Part shown: positions 30,497 through 39,594 of the stretch, piece by piece
Layout of the letters: each line of letters starts with the position of its first letter
How positions within the stretch are numbered: position 1 is the stretch's first letter
Origin: Candidatus Dormiibacterota bacterium
Lineage (GTDB): Bacteria; Chloroflexota; Dormibacteria; Aeolococcales; Aeolococcaceae
Direction: 5' to 3'
Length of the DNA stretch: 64,000 nt
Assembly (NCBI GenBank): GCA_963718525.1
Contig: OY970355.1
Coordinates: forward strand, 1,600,001 to 1,664,000
Translations under genes and position numbers: made by a program
The notes under the pieces: model-generated
Database searches by the model: none
What the model saw: the letters and a program-made list of their open reading frames with translations, nothing else
What the model was told of the DNA's origin: nothing

Positions 30497-31473
30497 CGCC
30501 GCCGGCGCGTGGCATCGCCGATTCTCGCCGCCAGAGAGGGCGAGGCCAGGATGAGCGCTGCCTCGAGAACGAAGCGAGGCGATCCCGGCAGGCAAGCGAG
30601 CGCGGCGCCGCGCGCCTTCCACGGCCGGTTCGCCCGTGCATGCGCATAAGCCGCCGCCAGTGCCCTGCGGCGCCTCATCCAGCTGAGAGTCGCCGCCGCG
30701 ACCTCCCGCTGCTGATCGTCACCGGCTTCCAGTACCGCGCGTTCGAGGACGCGCGAATACGTGTCGTAGATATCGGTGCGATGGCTGAGCCCTGTCGACT
30801 CCACCCGGTAGAGCAGGGTCGGCGCCGCGACCCCGTGCACTCTCAGGCCGGCCCGGATCATCCGTATCCACAGATCCCAGTCCTCCGCGCCCGAGACGCC
30901 GTCGCGAAAGCCGCCGGCGTCCTCATATGCCGCGCGCGGAAAGAGCGCGCCGATCGAGACGAAGTTGTGCCGCAGGATGTCGAGCATCTGATGGTCAGGC
31001 GCCGGAATGGGAAAATGATCGTGCTGCGTCGCGCGACGCACGCCTTCGCCCGGATGCCATCTGAGCGCATCCGCGCACACTATTCCACCGAAGCGCGCCT
31101 GGAGTGCAGCCAGTGACGCGAGGTGATCGGGGAGCCAGACATCGTCGGCGTCGAGCAGTGCGATCAACGGCGTCTCGATGCGTGCGATCGCGGCGCGTCG
31201 CGCCGCAGCGGGGCCGGAGTTCCGCTCGAGGCGGACGACCTCGACCGGGAGCAGTCCCTGCCAGCGTCGGGCGAGCGCCGGCGTGTCGTCGTCGGAGTGA
31301 TCGTCGCCGACCACAACGGCCGTGGGGGATAGCGTCTGAGCCGCGACTGATGCCAGCGCAGCGCCCAGCGTCCGCGTCGAGTTGTATGCGGGGATCACCA
31401 CGGCGATGGGGCTGACGGGGCTCTGGGAGGCGATGCCGCCGGCGCGAGGCTGCCGTTGCGGCTCCGTCGTCAC
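30490..31473 (-). CDS. glycosyltransferase family 2
   Basis: VVIPAYN, DDHSDD, LDADDVW, EDWDLWIR. Confidence 0.92.
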   Translation of the reverse strand: MTTEPQRQPRAGGIASQSPVSPIAVVIPAYNSTRTLGAALASVAAQTLSPTAVVVGDDHSDDDTPALARRWQGLLPVEVVRLERNSGPAAARRAAIARIETPLIALLDADDVWLPDHLASLAALQARFGGIVCADALRWHPGEGVRRATQHDHFPIPAPDHQMLDILRHNFVSIGALFPRAAYEDAGGFRDGVSGAEDWDLWIRMIRAGLRVHGVAAPTLLYRVESTGLSHRTDIYDTYSRVLERAVLEAGDDQQREVAAATLSWMRRRRALAAAYAHARANRPWKARGAALACLPGSPRFVLEAALILASPSLAARIGDATRRRRW

Positions 31474-31537
31474 GGCCCCAGGGTACCCGTAGGAATCCGC
31501 CATGGGTTGCAGCCGGCGATCTCTATCATCTCCGGTC

Positions 31538-32617
31538 GTGAGCGCCCATAGCTATGGAAGCCAGGAGTTCCGGATCGGCGACCGGCCGGTCGGACCGGGC
31601 CATCCGACCTATGTCATCGCCGAAGCGGGCTCGAACCACAACCGAGACCTCGACACGGCCTTCGGGCTCATCGACGCCGCGGCGAATGCCGGCGCCGATG
31701 CTGTCAAATTCCAGACCTACACCGCCGAGGGCCTGTACTCGCGCCGCACACCGGACATGTCCTACCTCAAGGACCAGGGGCTCGTGGGTGAGCGCGAATC
31801 GGTCTGGGACCTGATCAAGCGGGTCGAGATTCCCTGGGAATGGCATGGTGATCTGGCCGCCCACGCCAGGAAGGCCGGGGTCGCGTTCCTCTCGACGCCG
31901 TTCCAGGAGGAGGCCGTCGACCTCCTGGACCAGATCGGCGTTCCCGCTTTCAAGATCGCCTCGTACGAGGTCAACCATCTTCCGCTCATCGAGCGTGCGG
32001 CTCGCACCGGAAAACCTCTGCTCATCTCCACCGGGATGGCATCGCTCGGCGACATCGAACGCGCCCTCGACACCGCGACCGCCGCCGGGGCGCGCGACCT
32101 GATGGTGCTGCACTGCGCGGTGAACTACCCGCCGCGCTTCGAGGATCTCAACCTCCGCGCCATCCCCACGCTCCGGGCAGCCTTCCAGATACCGATCGGA
32201 TGGTCCGATCACACTCGCGGGCACACGGCAGACGTCGTCGCGGTCGCCCTCGGCGCATGCGCGATCGAGAAGCACTTCACCCTGAGCAGGAACCAGGAGG
32301 GACCGGACCATCCTTTCGCGCTCGAGCCGGACGAGCTCACGGCCATGGTGCAGGCCATCCGCGAAACCGAGGCATCGCTCGGGTCAAGCGTGAAGCGTGT
32401 GACCAAGGCGGAGGCCGAGATGTTCCGGCTCGGACGTCGCAGCATCGTCGTGAGCCGAGACGTTGCCGCGGGCGCCGCACTGACGCGAGCGGATCTTGCG
32501 ATCAAGCGTCCCGGTTTCGGCATCCCGGTCCACGACATCGATCAGGTGGTCGGCAGGCACGTCACCCGCTCCATGGAGGAGGACGAGGTGCTCCAGTGGG
32601 ACGATCTCGTCCGGTAG
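31538..32617 (+). CDS. pseI: nonulosonic acid (pseudaminic acid) synthase, NeuB family with SAF domain
   Basis: IAEAGSNHN, ADAVKFQT, KIASYE, STGM, SDHT, EKHFTL, KRPG; clustered with pseBCGFH-like genes. Confidence 0.85.
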   Translation: MSAHSYGSQEFRIGDRPVGPGHPTYVIAEAGSNHNRDLDTAFGLIDAAANAGADAVKFQTYTAEGLYSRRTPDMSYLKDQGLVGERESVWDLIKRVEIPWEWHGDLAAHARKAGVAFLSTPFQEEAVDLLDQIGVPAFKIASYEVNHLPLIERAARTGKPLLISTGMASLGDIERALDTATAAGARDLMVLHCAVNYPPRFEDLNLRAIPTLRAAFQIPIGWSDHTRGHTADVVAVALGACAIEKHFTLSRNQEGPDHPFALEPDELTAMVQAIRETEASLGSSVKRVTKAEAEMFRLGRRSIVVSRDVAAGAALTRADLAIKRPGFGIPVHDIDQVVGRHVTRSMEEDEVLQWDDLVR

Positions 32618-32640
32618 CGACCGGTCGTGATCGCCCCCGC

Positions 32641-33093
32641 GTGACGCTGCGCGCGGCTCGCGGGGACGATGCCAGCCTGGTCAGGGCCTGGCGCAACGAC
32701 GCCGACGCGGTCCGCTTCAGTGTGAGCGCCCGCCCCGTGTCGGAGGGCGAGCACGCTCGCTGGTTCGCAACAGCGCTTGCCGATCCTCGGATACAACTCT
32801 GGGTCGCGGAGGAGAACGGGGTCCCGGTGGGTCAGGTGCGAGCCGATCTCGTCGGCGATTCGGCGGTCTTCTCGATCGCCGTTGCGGCTTCCGCGCGAGG
32901 CCGTGGGGTAGGTCAGCGGATGCTCCGGCTCGCCCTGGAGGAGATCGAGCGGCAGCACGCTGTCACCACCATGACGGCCGTGACGCACCCCGACAACCTG
33001 GCCTCGATACACGCCTTTGAGCGGGTGGGGTTCCGCCGCCGTGAGGCGTCCGAGGGGGGCTTTGTCGTCCTCGAACTGACGTTGGACTCGTAG
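32641..33093 (+). CDS. pseH: GNAT N-acetyltransferase, PseH-like
   Basis: WRND..AVRFS, EHARWF, PVGQVR, RGRGVG, NLASIHAFERVGF. Confidence 0.75.
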   Translation: MTLRAARGDDASLVRAWRNDADAVRFSVSARPVSEGEHARWFATALADPRIQLWVAEENGVPVGQVRADLVGDSAVFSIAVAASARGRGVGQRMLRLALEEIERQHAVTTMTAVTHPDNLASIHAFERVGFRRREASEGGFVVLELTLDS

Positions 33094-33111
33094 CGCGAGC
33101 GTCGAGCGCGC

Positions 33112-33897
33112 TCACGTGGCCGCGGCAGGGTCCTCGCCACGGCGCGCAGCGTCTCGCTGGGCGCGATACCGCTCATCTCTCGCGGGCAGTCCACTCTGAT
33201 CCCACAGCGTTGGATCAAACTCGAAATACGCGACCACAGCCGCAAGATGGGGCGGTGGTGCGGCCGGAAGCGCCATGAGGATCGTCCGGATCCGCTCGAG
33301 GTCTTCCGGCACATCCACGGTCAGGCGCATGGACGAAAGATCTCGGTCGTTGACCATGTTGACGGTGCGGTACTCGCCGGAATGCTCGCGCAGCCGTGCG
33401 GTCACGTGTTCACGGTGGTAGTCGAGGACCGACTCGACGTCGAGCCGCCGCAGACATTCCGCGGTGAGCACCTCGACGTCGTAACCCTGCGGGTAGGTCG
33501 GTGGAAGCTCGTTGCTGGCGTAGTCGGCGTCGGCCGAAGTGCGCATGCGCACCAGACCGTCGACGAGCTCCGGGTCGACGAGGGGGCAGTCCGACGTGAC
33601 CCGGATCACCACGTCCGCGCCGTGCTCTTCCGCGGCAAGCACGTACCGGCTCAAGACGTCGGCGACCGCACCTCGGGTGACCCTGGCTCCCAGTGCACCC
33701 GCGAGGTCCGCGACAACGTCATCCCCGGGTTCGACGGTGGTCGCAACCACGACGTCGTCGATCGTCTCCGCCATCGAGACGCGCTCGATGACGTGCGCGA
33801 GCATCGGCTTGCCGCAGAGGTCGGCGAGGACCTTGCCCGGGAACCGGGTCGATCCCACGCGAGCCTGGATCACCGCAACATTTCGGAGCGCGGACAT
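33112..33897 (-). CDS. CMP-nonulosonate cytidylyltransferase (SpsF/PseF-like)
   Basis: IQARVGSTRFPGKVL, RVTSDCPLVDP, REHVT, RLTVD. Confidence 0.9.
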   Translation of the reverse strand: MSALRNVAVIQARVGSTRFPGKVLADLCGKPMLAHVIERVSMAETIDDVVVATTVEPGDDVVADLAGALGARVTRGAVADVLSRYVLAAEEHGADVVIRVTSDCPLVDPELVDGLVRMRTSADADYASNELPPTYPQGYDVEVLTAECLRRLDVESVLDYHREHVTARLREHSGEYRTVNMVNDRDLSSMRLTVDVPEDLERIRTILMALPAAPPPHLAAVVAYFEFDPTLWDQSGLPARDERYRAQRDAARRGEDPAAAT

Positions 33898-34880
33898 CAG
33901 GCGGCGTCGACGCGCGCGAGGCGCCGCACCGCCTCTGCGACCCGCCACGCGCCGCGACCGTCCACCAGCGCGCGTCCCCGTTCCGCCATCACATCGCAGC
34001 GTGCCGGGTCGTCGAGGAGCTTGATGCACTCAGCGGCGAGATCCTCCGAATCGACCACGACTGCACAACCGGCTCGGCCAAGAGCGGCCGCTTGAGCGGA
34101 TTGGTTTGGCACGGCGTCGTTGATCACCGCGGGGATGCCGACACACGCGGCCTGCACGGCGGTGGTGCCGGCCGCACCGACATAGATGGTCGTTTCAGCG
34201 AGCGCCTCGGCCAGGCTTGGCGGCGCGACCAGCAGGTGCAGACGCGGCTGGTCGACCGGGGAGGCGCCCTGCGCGTCCGGTCCGACAACTCTGAGGACCT
34301 CGAGGGACGCGTCCTCGTTGAGCAGCCGGGTGCTGACGTTCGCTGCCATGCCGTCGATGTCGGTCGCTCCAGTCGATACCAACACGGTCCTTCGAGCTCG
34401 CCCGCGGCGCAGCACCGTCTCGCGGGCCTCCGCGAACGCTGAGCGAATCAGCGCATAAGCGGCGCCACCCAGGAAGGCGGTCGCGCCCGCGGGACGCAGG
34501 CTCTCACCGCCGGGCGATGGGTTGATGCCGAGGTCGCAGTCGGCGGTGTGGCCAAGATCGTCAACCACAGTCAGGGGGACGCGCCGGCGCAGCCGCTCCT
34601 GCATACCGGCATCGAAGACGTACCCGTCGAGTACGAGGAGATCCGGTGCTCGACCCGCAGCGAGCACGGAGGCGACCCGATCCGGCGCTGCGCCGCGAGC
34701 CGCCACCACAGCATGGCCTCGATCCTCGACACGTCTGCGCAGCTCGACGTCGTCGTCTGGAAGCACCACGGATACCGAGGTGTCCGGTCGCAGTGCATCA
34801 GCGAGGGCGAGCATCCGCTCGAGGTGGCCAAGTCCGACGCCGGATCCGCAATCCGGAGCCAGCAGGGCTCGCAGGATCAT
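33897..34880 (-). CDS. pseG: UDP-sugar hydrolase, PseG/SpsG-like
   Basis: GLGHLERMLALA, VLDGY, VVDD, GATD, AAGTT, NQ. Confidence 0.82.
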   Translation of the reverse strand: MILRALLAPDCGSGVGLGHLERMLALADALRPDTSVSVVLPDDDVELRRRVEDRGHAVVAARGAAPDRVASVLAAGRAPDLLVLDGYVFDAGMQERLRRRVPLTVVDDLGHTADCDLGINPSPGGESLRPAGATAFLGGAAYALIRSAFAEARETVLRRGRARRTVLVSTGATDIDGMAANVSTRLLNEDASLEVLRVVGPDAQGASPVDQPRLHLLVAPPSLAEALAETTIYVGAAGTTAVQAACVGIPAVINDAVPNQSAQAAALGRAGCAVVVDSEDLAAECIKLLDDPARCDVMAERGRALVDGRGAWRVAEAVRRLARVDAA

Positions 34881-36079
34881 GGAACGATCTGATGCGTCGA
34901 CGCCCATGCCTGGATCCGGCGCAGTGCAACCACGACGTCGTCCTGGTCGGATGCCGTCATCGTTGGGAAGAGCGGCAGCGTCACCAACCGTTCGCACATC
35001 GCCTCGGCTCGAGGCGCCGTGCCGGGGACGCCGCCGCGTGCCCGATAGAGCGACAGCAGGTGCACCGCCGGGTAATGCAGCGTTGCCTCGATACCCTCCG
35101 CCCGCAGCGCGTCGATGATCCAGTCGCGCTCACAACCGAACACCTCCGGGTCGATCTCGACTGGATAGATGTGCCATGCGCTTCTGCGACCCTCTGGACG
35201 CGGTGGGAGGCCGATGCCCGGAATCTCGCTGAGCATCGCGTCGTACCGATCGGCCATCTCGCTGCGTTCAGCGACGACGTCGTCGAGGCGATGCAGCTGC
35301 GAGATGCCGAGCGCGGCTTGCAGCGTGGTCATACGGTGGTTGTCGCCGAGCATGATGACGTCGTATTTCCAGAGCGTGCCGGTCCGCTCGTCCGCGGTGC
35401 TGGTCATCCCATGGTTGCGCAGCTTGCGAATGCGGTCCGCCACTGCGCCGTCCGAAGTCAGGCAAGCGCCACCCTCTCCGGTGGTGATCTGTTTCACCGG
35501 ATGAAAGCTCAGCGTGGTGATGTCCGCAAGCGATCCCACGGGCCGTCCGTTGTGGCTTGCTCCGAGCGAGTGGGCGCTGTCGGCGACCACCGGGAGCGGC
35601 CGCGGCAGCGCCGCCTTCAGCGCACCGATATCCGACGGAAGTCCCGAATAGTCGACGGTGATCACAGCCTTGGTCCGCGGAGTCACGTTGCGCGCCACCG
35701 ATTCAGGATCGAGGCATCGATCCTCACCGACATCGGCGAACACCGGAGTCCCACCGGCACGGAGCACAGCGTTGGCTGTCGCGACGAACGTCAGCGGCGT
35801 CGTGATCACCTCGTCCCCTGGTCCGATGCCGAGTGTGAGCACCGCGAGGTCGAGCGCCGCGCTGCCGTTGGTGAGCGCGATCGCGTGGTCGGCTCTGCCC
35901 CGTGCCGCGAGCGCGTGCTCGAAGTCGGCGATGGCCGCACCACCGGTGAGCGTGCCCGAGCGAAGTGCCGCGACCACGGCGTTGACGTCGGCGTCGTCGA
36001 GCGCGTGACGGCCGTAGGGGAGGGGGTGAAGCCGGATCGGCGTGCCCCCGGCGATCGCCGGGGGACTCGTGATGCTCAC
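34877..36079 (-). CDS. pseC: DegT/DnrJ aminotransferase, PseC-like
   Basis: LPYGRH, TFVATANA, DSAHSLG, SFHPVKQITTGEGG, LRNHG. Confidence 0.88.
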   Translation of the reverse strand: MSITSPPAIAGGTPIRLHPLPYGRHALDDADVNAVVAALRSGTLTGGAAIADFEHALAARGRADHAIALTNGSAALDLAVLTLGIGPGDEVITTPLTFVATANAVLRAGGTPVFADVGEDRCLDPESVARNVTPRTKAVITVDYSGLPSDIGALKAALPRPLPVVADSAHSLGASHNGRPVGSLADITTLSFHPVKQITTGEGGACLTSDGAVADRIRKLRNHGMTSTADERTGTLWKYDVIMLGDNHRMTTLQAALGISQLHRLDDVVAERSEMADRYDAMLSEIPGIGLPPRPEGRRSAWHIYPVEIDPEVFGCERDWIIDALRAEGIEATLHYPAVHLLSLYRARGGVPGTAPRAEAMCERLVTLPLFPTMTASDQDDVVVALRRIQAWASTHQIVP

Positions 36080-37077
36080 CCCGCGTCGGCCGGCGCCTCG
36101 GCCGGCCATTTGGCCAGGAGATCGCGAAGTTCGCCGACGTCGAGCCACTCCGTGTTGCTGTCGCTGCTGTAGTGGAACTCCTCGGCGACCCGCGCCCCTT
36201 CAGTGGTTGCGCGAGCGCCCCAGAAAGGATGTTCGGGAACGACGACGTAACACCAGCCCATGTCGAATGTATGCCTCGCCTCGTCCGATGTGATCAGGAC
36301 CTCGTGCAACTTTTCGCCCGGCCTGATGCCGGTGTAGCGGATCGACACTCCGGGCGCGATCGCTTCCGCAAGGTCAACGACGCGCGTGCTGGGGATTTTG
36401 GGGATGAAAACCTCGCCACCCGCCATCGTTGCGACGCAGTCGGCGACAAGTTGCACCGCCTGATCAAGCGTGATCCAGAAGCGGGTCATGCGCTCGTCGG
36501 TCACCGTCAGTTCGCCGGTGTCCGCCTGGCTGCGAAAGAGCGGCACCACGCTGCCGCGGGAACCGACCACGTTGCCGTAGCGAACGCACGAGAGGCGTAC
36601 GTCATTCGGACCGGCGTACACGTTGGCCTGGACGAACAGCTTTTCAGCACAGAGTTTGGTGGCGCCGTACAGGCTCGCAGGACTCACCGCCTTGTCGGTG
36701 CTGAGCGCCACAGCGCGCGAGATACCTGCCTCGATGCACACCTCGGCAACGTTCTGAGTCCCGAGGATGTTGGTCTGCACCGCCTCAAACGGGTTGTATT
36801 CGCAGGCGGGCACCTGCTTCATGGCGGCGGCGTGGATGACGATGTCCACGCCGTCGACGGCTCGCCGCAGCCTTTGGTGATCGCGTACGTCGCCGATCAG
36901 GAAGCGGAGCCGGTCGTCGCCGAATGATCGCTGCATCTCCGACTGCTTGAGCTCGTCGCGGCTGAAGATGCGGATCGTCTTGGGATTCCATCGGGACAGC
37001 GCGGTGCGCGTGAAGTGATGGCCAAAGGAGCCGGTGCCCCCGGTCAGCAGGATTGTGCGCCCCTCGAAATAGTTCAA
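36076..37077 (-). CDS. pseB: UDP-N-acetylglucosamine 4,6-dehydratase (inverting)
   Basis: TGGTGSFG, SRDELKQ, HAAAMKQVPACEYNP, STDKA, YGATK, RYGNVVGSRGSV, GIRPGEKLHE; TTG start. Confidence 0.95.
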   Translation of the reverse strand: MNYFEGRTILLTGGTGSFGHHFTRTALSRWNPKTIRIFSRDELKQSEMQRSFGDDRLRFLIGDVRDHQRLRRAVDGVDIVIHAAAMKQVPACEYNPFEAVQTNILGTQNVAEVCIEAGISRAVALSTDKAVSPASLYGATKLCAEKLFVQANVYAGPNDVRLSCVRYGNVVGSRGSVVPLFRSQADTGELTVTDERMTRFWITLDQAVQLVADCVATMAGGEVFIPKIPSTRVVDLAEAIAPGVSIRYTGIRPGEKLHEVLITSDEARHTFDMGWCYVVVPEHPFWGARATTEGARVAEEFHYSSDSNTEWLDVGELRDLLAKWPAEAPADAG

Positions 37078-37258
37078 AGTCGATCCTCATTCTCAGGCAA
37101 TACGGTCGCGGGTAGCCTACGGGAGCCCACTGCGGTGACGTCGCCGCGATCAGCCAGTGGTTGTGGCGTCTCCGTCTAAACTCGCTTGTTGCACCGAGTC
37201 GTCCCTGGTGCGTCACTCACGGCACTGCGCCCGCCACACCGCTCGCAGGAGACACTCG

Positions 37259-38131
37259 ATGGAACTCGCGCTCCACTTCATGAACTTCACCCTCCCGGGT
37301 GGGAGCAAGGCGCTCGGCCCAACCCTTGCAGAGACTGCTCAGGCTGCCGAGGAGGCCGGCTGCTCCACCTTCACGATGATGGACCACTGGTTTCAGATGG
37401 AGGGGTTCGCGACCGCCCAGGATCCGATGCTCGAGGGCTATACCTCGCTCGGCTTTGTGGCCGGGAAGACCGAGCGCATCACCCTGTCGCTGATGGTCAC
37501 CGGGGTCACCTATCGGTATCCGGGCCTCCTTGCAAAGATCGTGACCACGCTCGACATCGTCTCCGGCGGACGCGCCATGCTCGGCATCGGGGCCGCCTGG
37601 TACGAGCGCGAGCACCGTGCGCTCGGCGTGCCCTTCCCGCCCATTTCGGAACGCTTCGAGATGCTCGAAGAGGCGATTCAGATCTGCAACCAGATGTGGA
37701 GCGACAACGACGGTCCCTACGACGGGAAGCACTACCACCTGGCGGAAACCCTGTGTCACCCGCAGCCGGTGCAGCAGCCGCGCCCCCCGATCCTCATCGG
37801 CGGCGGCGGCGAGCGAAAGACACTCAAGCTCGTCGCTCGCTACGCGGATGCGTGCAACCTGTTCGCCCTCGGGCCCGAGGAGGTGAAGCGCAAGCTCGAC
37901 ATCCTCGCGCAGCACTGCGAGAACGAGGGCCGGGACATGGCCACCATCAAGAAGACCATTCAGGGCGGCGCCGATCCCGTCAAGGACACGAACGGGTTCC
38001 TCAGGGACATGGAGGCGTACGCAAAGCTGGGCATCGCTATGGTGGGCGTGCGGAATACCTCGCCCGACCCGGTCACGACGGCAAGGGAGCTGTCCAAGAT
38101 CGTGCCGCTGCTCGCTCAGATCGGCCCCTGA
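37259..38131 (+). CDS. LLM-class F420-dependent oxidoreductase
   Basis: MDHWFQ, PMLEGYTSLG, VTGVTYRYPG, LGIGAAW, GGGGERKTL. Confidence 0.92.
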   Translation: MELALHFMNFTLPGGSKALGPTLAETAQAAEEAGCSTFTMMDHWFQMEGFATAQDPMLEGYTSLGFVAGKTERITLSLMVTGVTYRYPGLLAKIVTTLDIVSGGRAMLGIGAAWYEREHRALGVPFPPISERFEMLEEAIQICNQMWSDNDGPYDGKHYHLAETLCHPQPVQQPRPPILIGGGGERKTLKLVARYADACNLFALGPEEVKRKLDILAQHCENEGRDMATIKKTIQGGADPVKDTNGFLRDMEAYAKLGIAMVGVRNTSPDPVTTARELSKIVPLLAQIGP

Positions 38132-38229
38132 GCCCGCAGCGACAGTCGAGGTCGGGAATCCCCGTGGCACCTGGTAGCCGAGGATAGCCAGAAGAGCCGC
38201 ACGGCAGCTAAACTGAATGACGGATTTAC

Positions 38230-38238
38230 TGCTATACT
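38230..38238 (+). promoter_or_regulatory. extended -10 promoter of the TA operon (leaderless)
   Basis: TGC-TATACT ending 6 nt before ATG 38245. Confidence 0.6.
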
Positions 38239-38244
38239 GCAATC

Positions 38245-38532
38245 ATGGCAGAGGATCACTCGTTCGTGACCGTGCAGGGCCGAGGCCTCATCGCCATCCC
38301 TACAGCCATCAGGCGCCGCTTCGGTTTGGACCAACCCGGAGCGCAGGTCGAGGTCATCGAGCGAGAAGGGGAGATCGTGCTGCGCCCGCACGTGGCCGTC
38401 CCGGCCGACCAGGCGTGGTTCTGGACCGAGCGATGGCGGCAGATGGAACGCGAGGCGGACGACGCCATCGCCGCTGGGCGTATCACCAGCGTTGCCGGTG
38501 TCGAGGAGCTCCTGACCAATCTCAACTCGTGA
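38245..38532 (+). CDS. AbrB/MazE-type antitoxin
   Basis: VTVQGRGLIAIPTAIRRRFGL swapped-hairpin domain; DQAWFWTERW..MEREAD..IAAGR tail. Confidence 0.88.
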   Translation: MAEDHSFVTVQGRGLIAIPTAIRRRFGLDQPGAQVEVIEREGEIVLRPHVAVPADQAWFWTERWRQMEREADDAIAAGRITSVAGVEELLTNLNS

Positions 38533-38855
38533 GGTTCGAGCTGACCGAACCGTTCAAGGCTGATTACCAGCAACTCGCCGAGGACGAACGCGAGAAGTTC
38601 CGCACCGCGGCCCGCACGTTCAACACGGCCTGCGATCACTTCGTCGACACCAAGGACCCGTCGTCATGGCCGGGCAACCTGCGCGTGAAGGCGGTCGCCA
38701 ATGCCCAAGGCATCTTTGAGATGACCTGGAGCTTCAGCGGGCCTGACGGCCGAGCCACCTGGGAGTGGACCATGGTCATCGACGCGGATGGACGCCACTG
38801 GCCGGCGGTGCGCTGGCGCCGGCTGGGAACTCACCGAATCTTCCACGAACCGTGA
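38529..38855 (+). CDS. putative RelE/ParE-superfamily toxin
   Basis: 4-bp GTGA overlap with the antitoxin; FKADYQQL N-terminal helix, GIFEMTWS, C-terminal RRLGTH. Confidence 0.7.
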   Translation: MRFELTEPFKADYQQLAEDEREKFRTAARTFNTACDHFVDTKDPSSWPGNLRVKAVANAQGIFEMTWSFSGPDGRATWEWTMVIDADGRHWPAVRWRRLGTHRIFHEP

Positions 38856-38956
38856 CCGCCCCACGTCACTCGTCATTGCAGCGATTCGACCTCTGCCCTC
38901 GTAGGCAGAGTTGACTGCCGCTCCCAAGGCAGCGGTCACCCGCTGATTAGCGAATT

Positions 38957-39031
38957 TGGTGGAGCGGGGGGACTCGAACCCCCGACCTCTGCCGTGCGAG
39001 GGCAGCGCTCTCCCAGCTGAGCTACCGCCCC
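38957..39031 (-). tRNA. tRNA-Ala(CGC)
   Basis: GGGGCGGTAGCTCAGCTGGGAGAGCGCTGCCCT-CGC-ACGGCAGAGGTCGGGGGTTCGAGTCCCCCCGCTCCACCA; encoded CCA; one C short in the T-stem/acceptor run. Confidence 0.93.
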
Positions 39032-39085
39032 GGGACCAGGGTCACGCCGAGGCGTTCTGCAGTATAGGGCGGGCGCTCGGAGCGC

Positions 39086-39463
39086 CTACGAAGCCGTCCG
39101 GGTTGCGAAGAACGTTTTCACCGCCTCGGCCAGCGCCGGCAGGTTGAACGGCTTGGGGAGCATGCCGTCTGCCCCGGCGAGCCTCGCTGCTTCAGCCTCC
39201 TCGGAAAGGGCGCTGAACATGAGGACAGGGGTCTGCGCGGTCGCTGCGTTCGCTCTGATGCGCCGGCAGGCCTCGATGCCGTCGATGCCCGGCATCATGA
39301 TATCGAGGATGATCAGGTCGGGGCGGTCGGCAGCGGCGATCGCGACAGCCGCCTCGCCGTCGGAAACCGTCGACATCTCGTAGCCCTCGAGATCGAGATA
39401 ACGGGACACCACCGACAGTACGCGCGGGTCATCGTCGGCGAGCAGAACGCGCGGCCGGGACAT
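39086..39463 (-). CDS. single-domain response regulator receiver
   Basis: VLLADDD, DLIILDIMMPGIDG, SA, KPF. Confidence 0.92.
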   Translation of the reverse strand: MSRPRVLLADDDPRVLSVVSRYLDLEGYEMSTVSDGEAAVAIAAADRPDLIILDIMMPGIDGIEACRRIRANAATAQTPVLMFSALSEEAEAARLAGADGMLPKPFNLPALAEAVKTFFATRTAS

Positions 39464-39594
39464 TGCCCCCATGGTACGGAGGCGCCGTCGAAACGGGTGG
39501 CTGGTGTCCATTCCTTTACAGCCTGGATTCCCGGCGGATGAAACGCCCGCCGGGGCGGCCCCGGCACGACCGGTGGCTATACTCGCCGGCAGGC

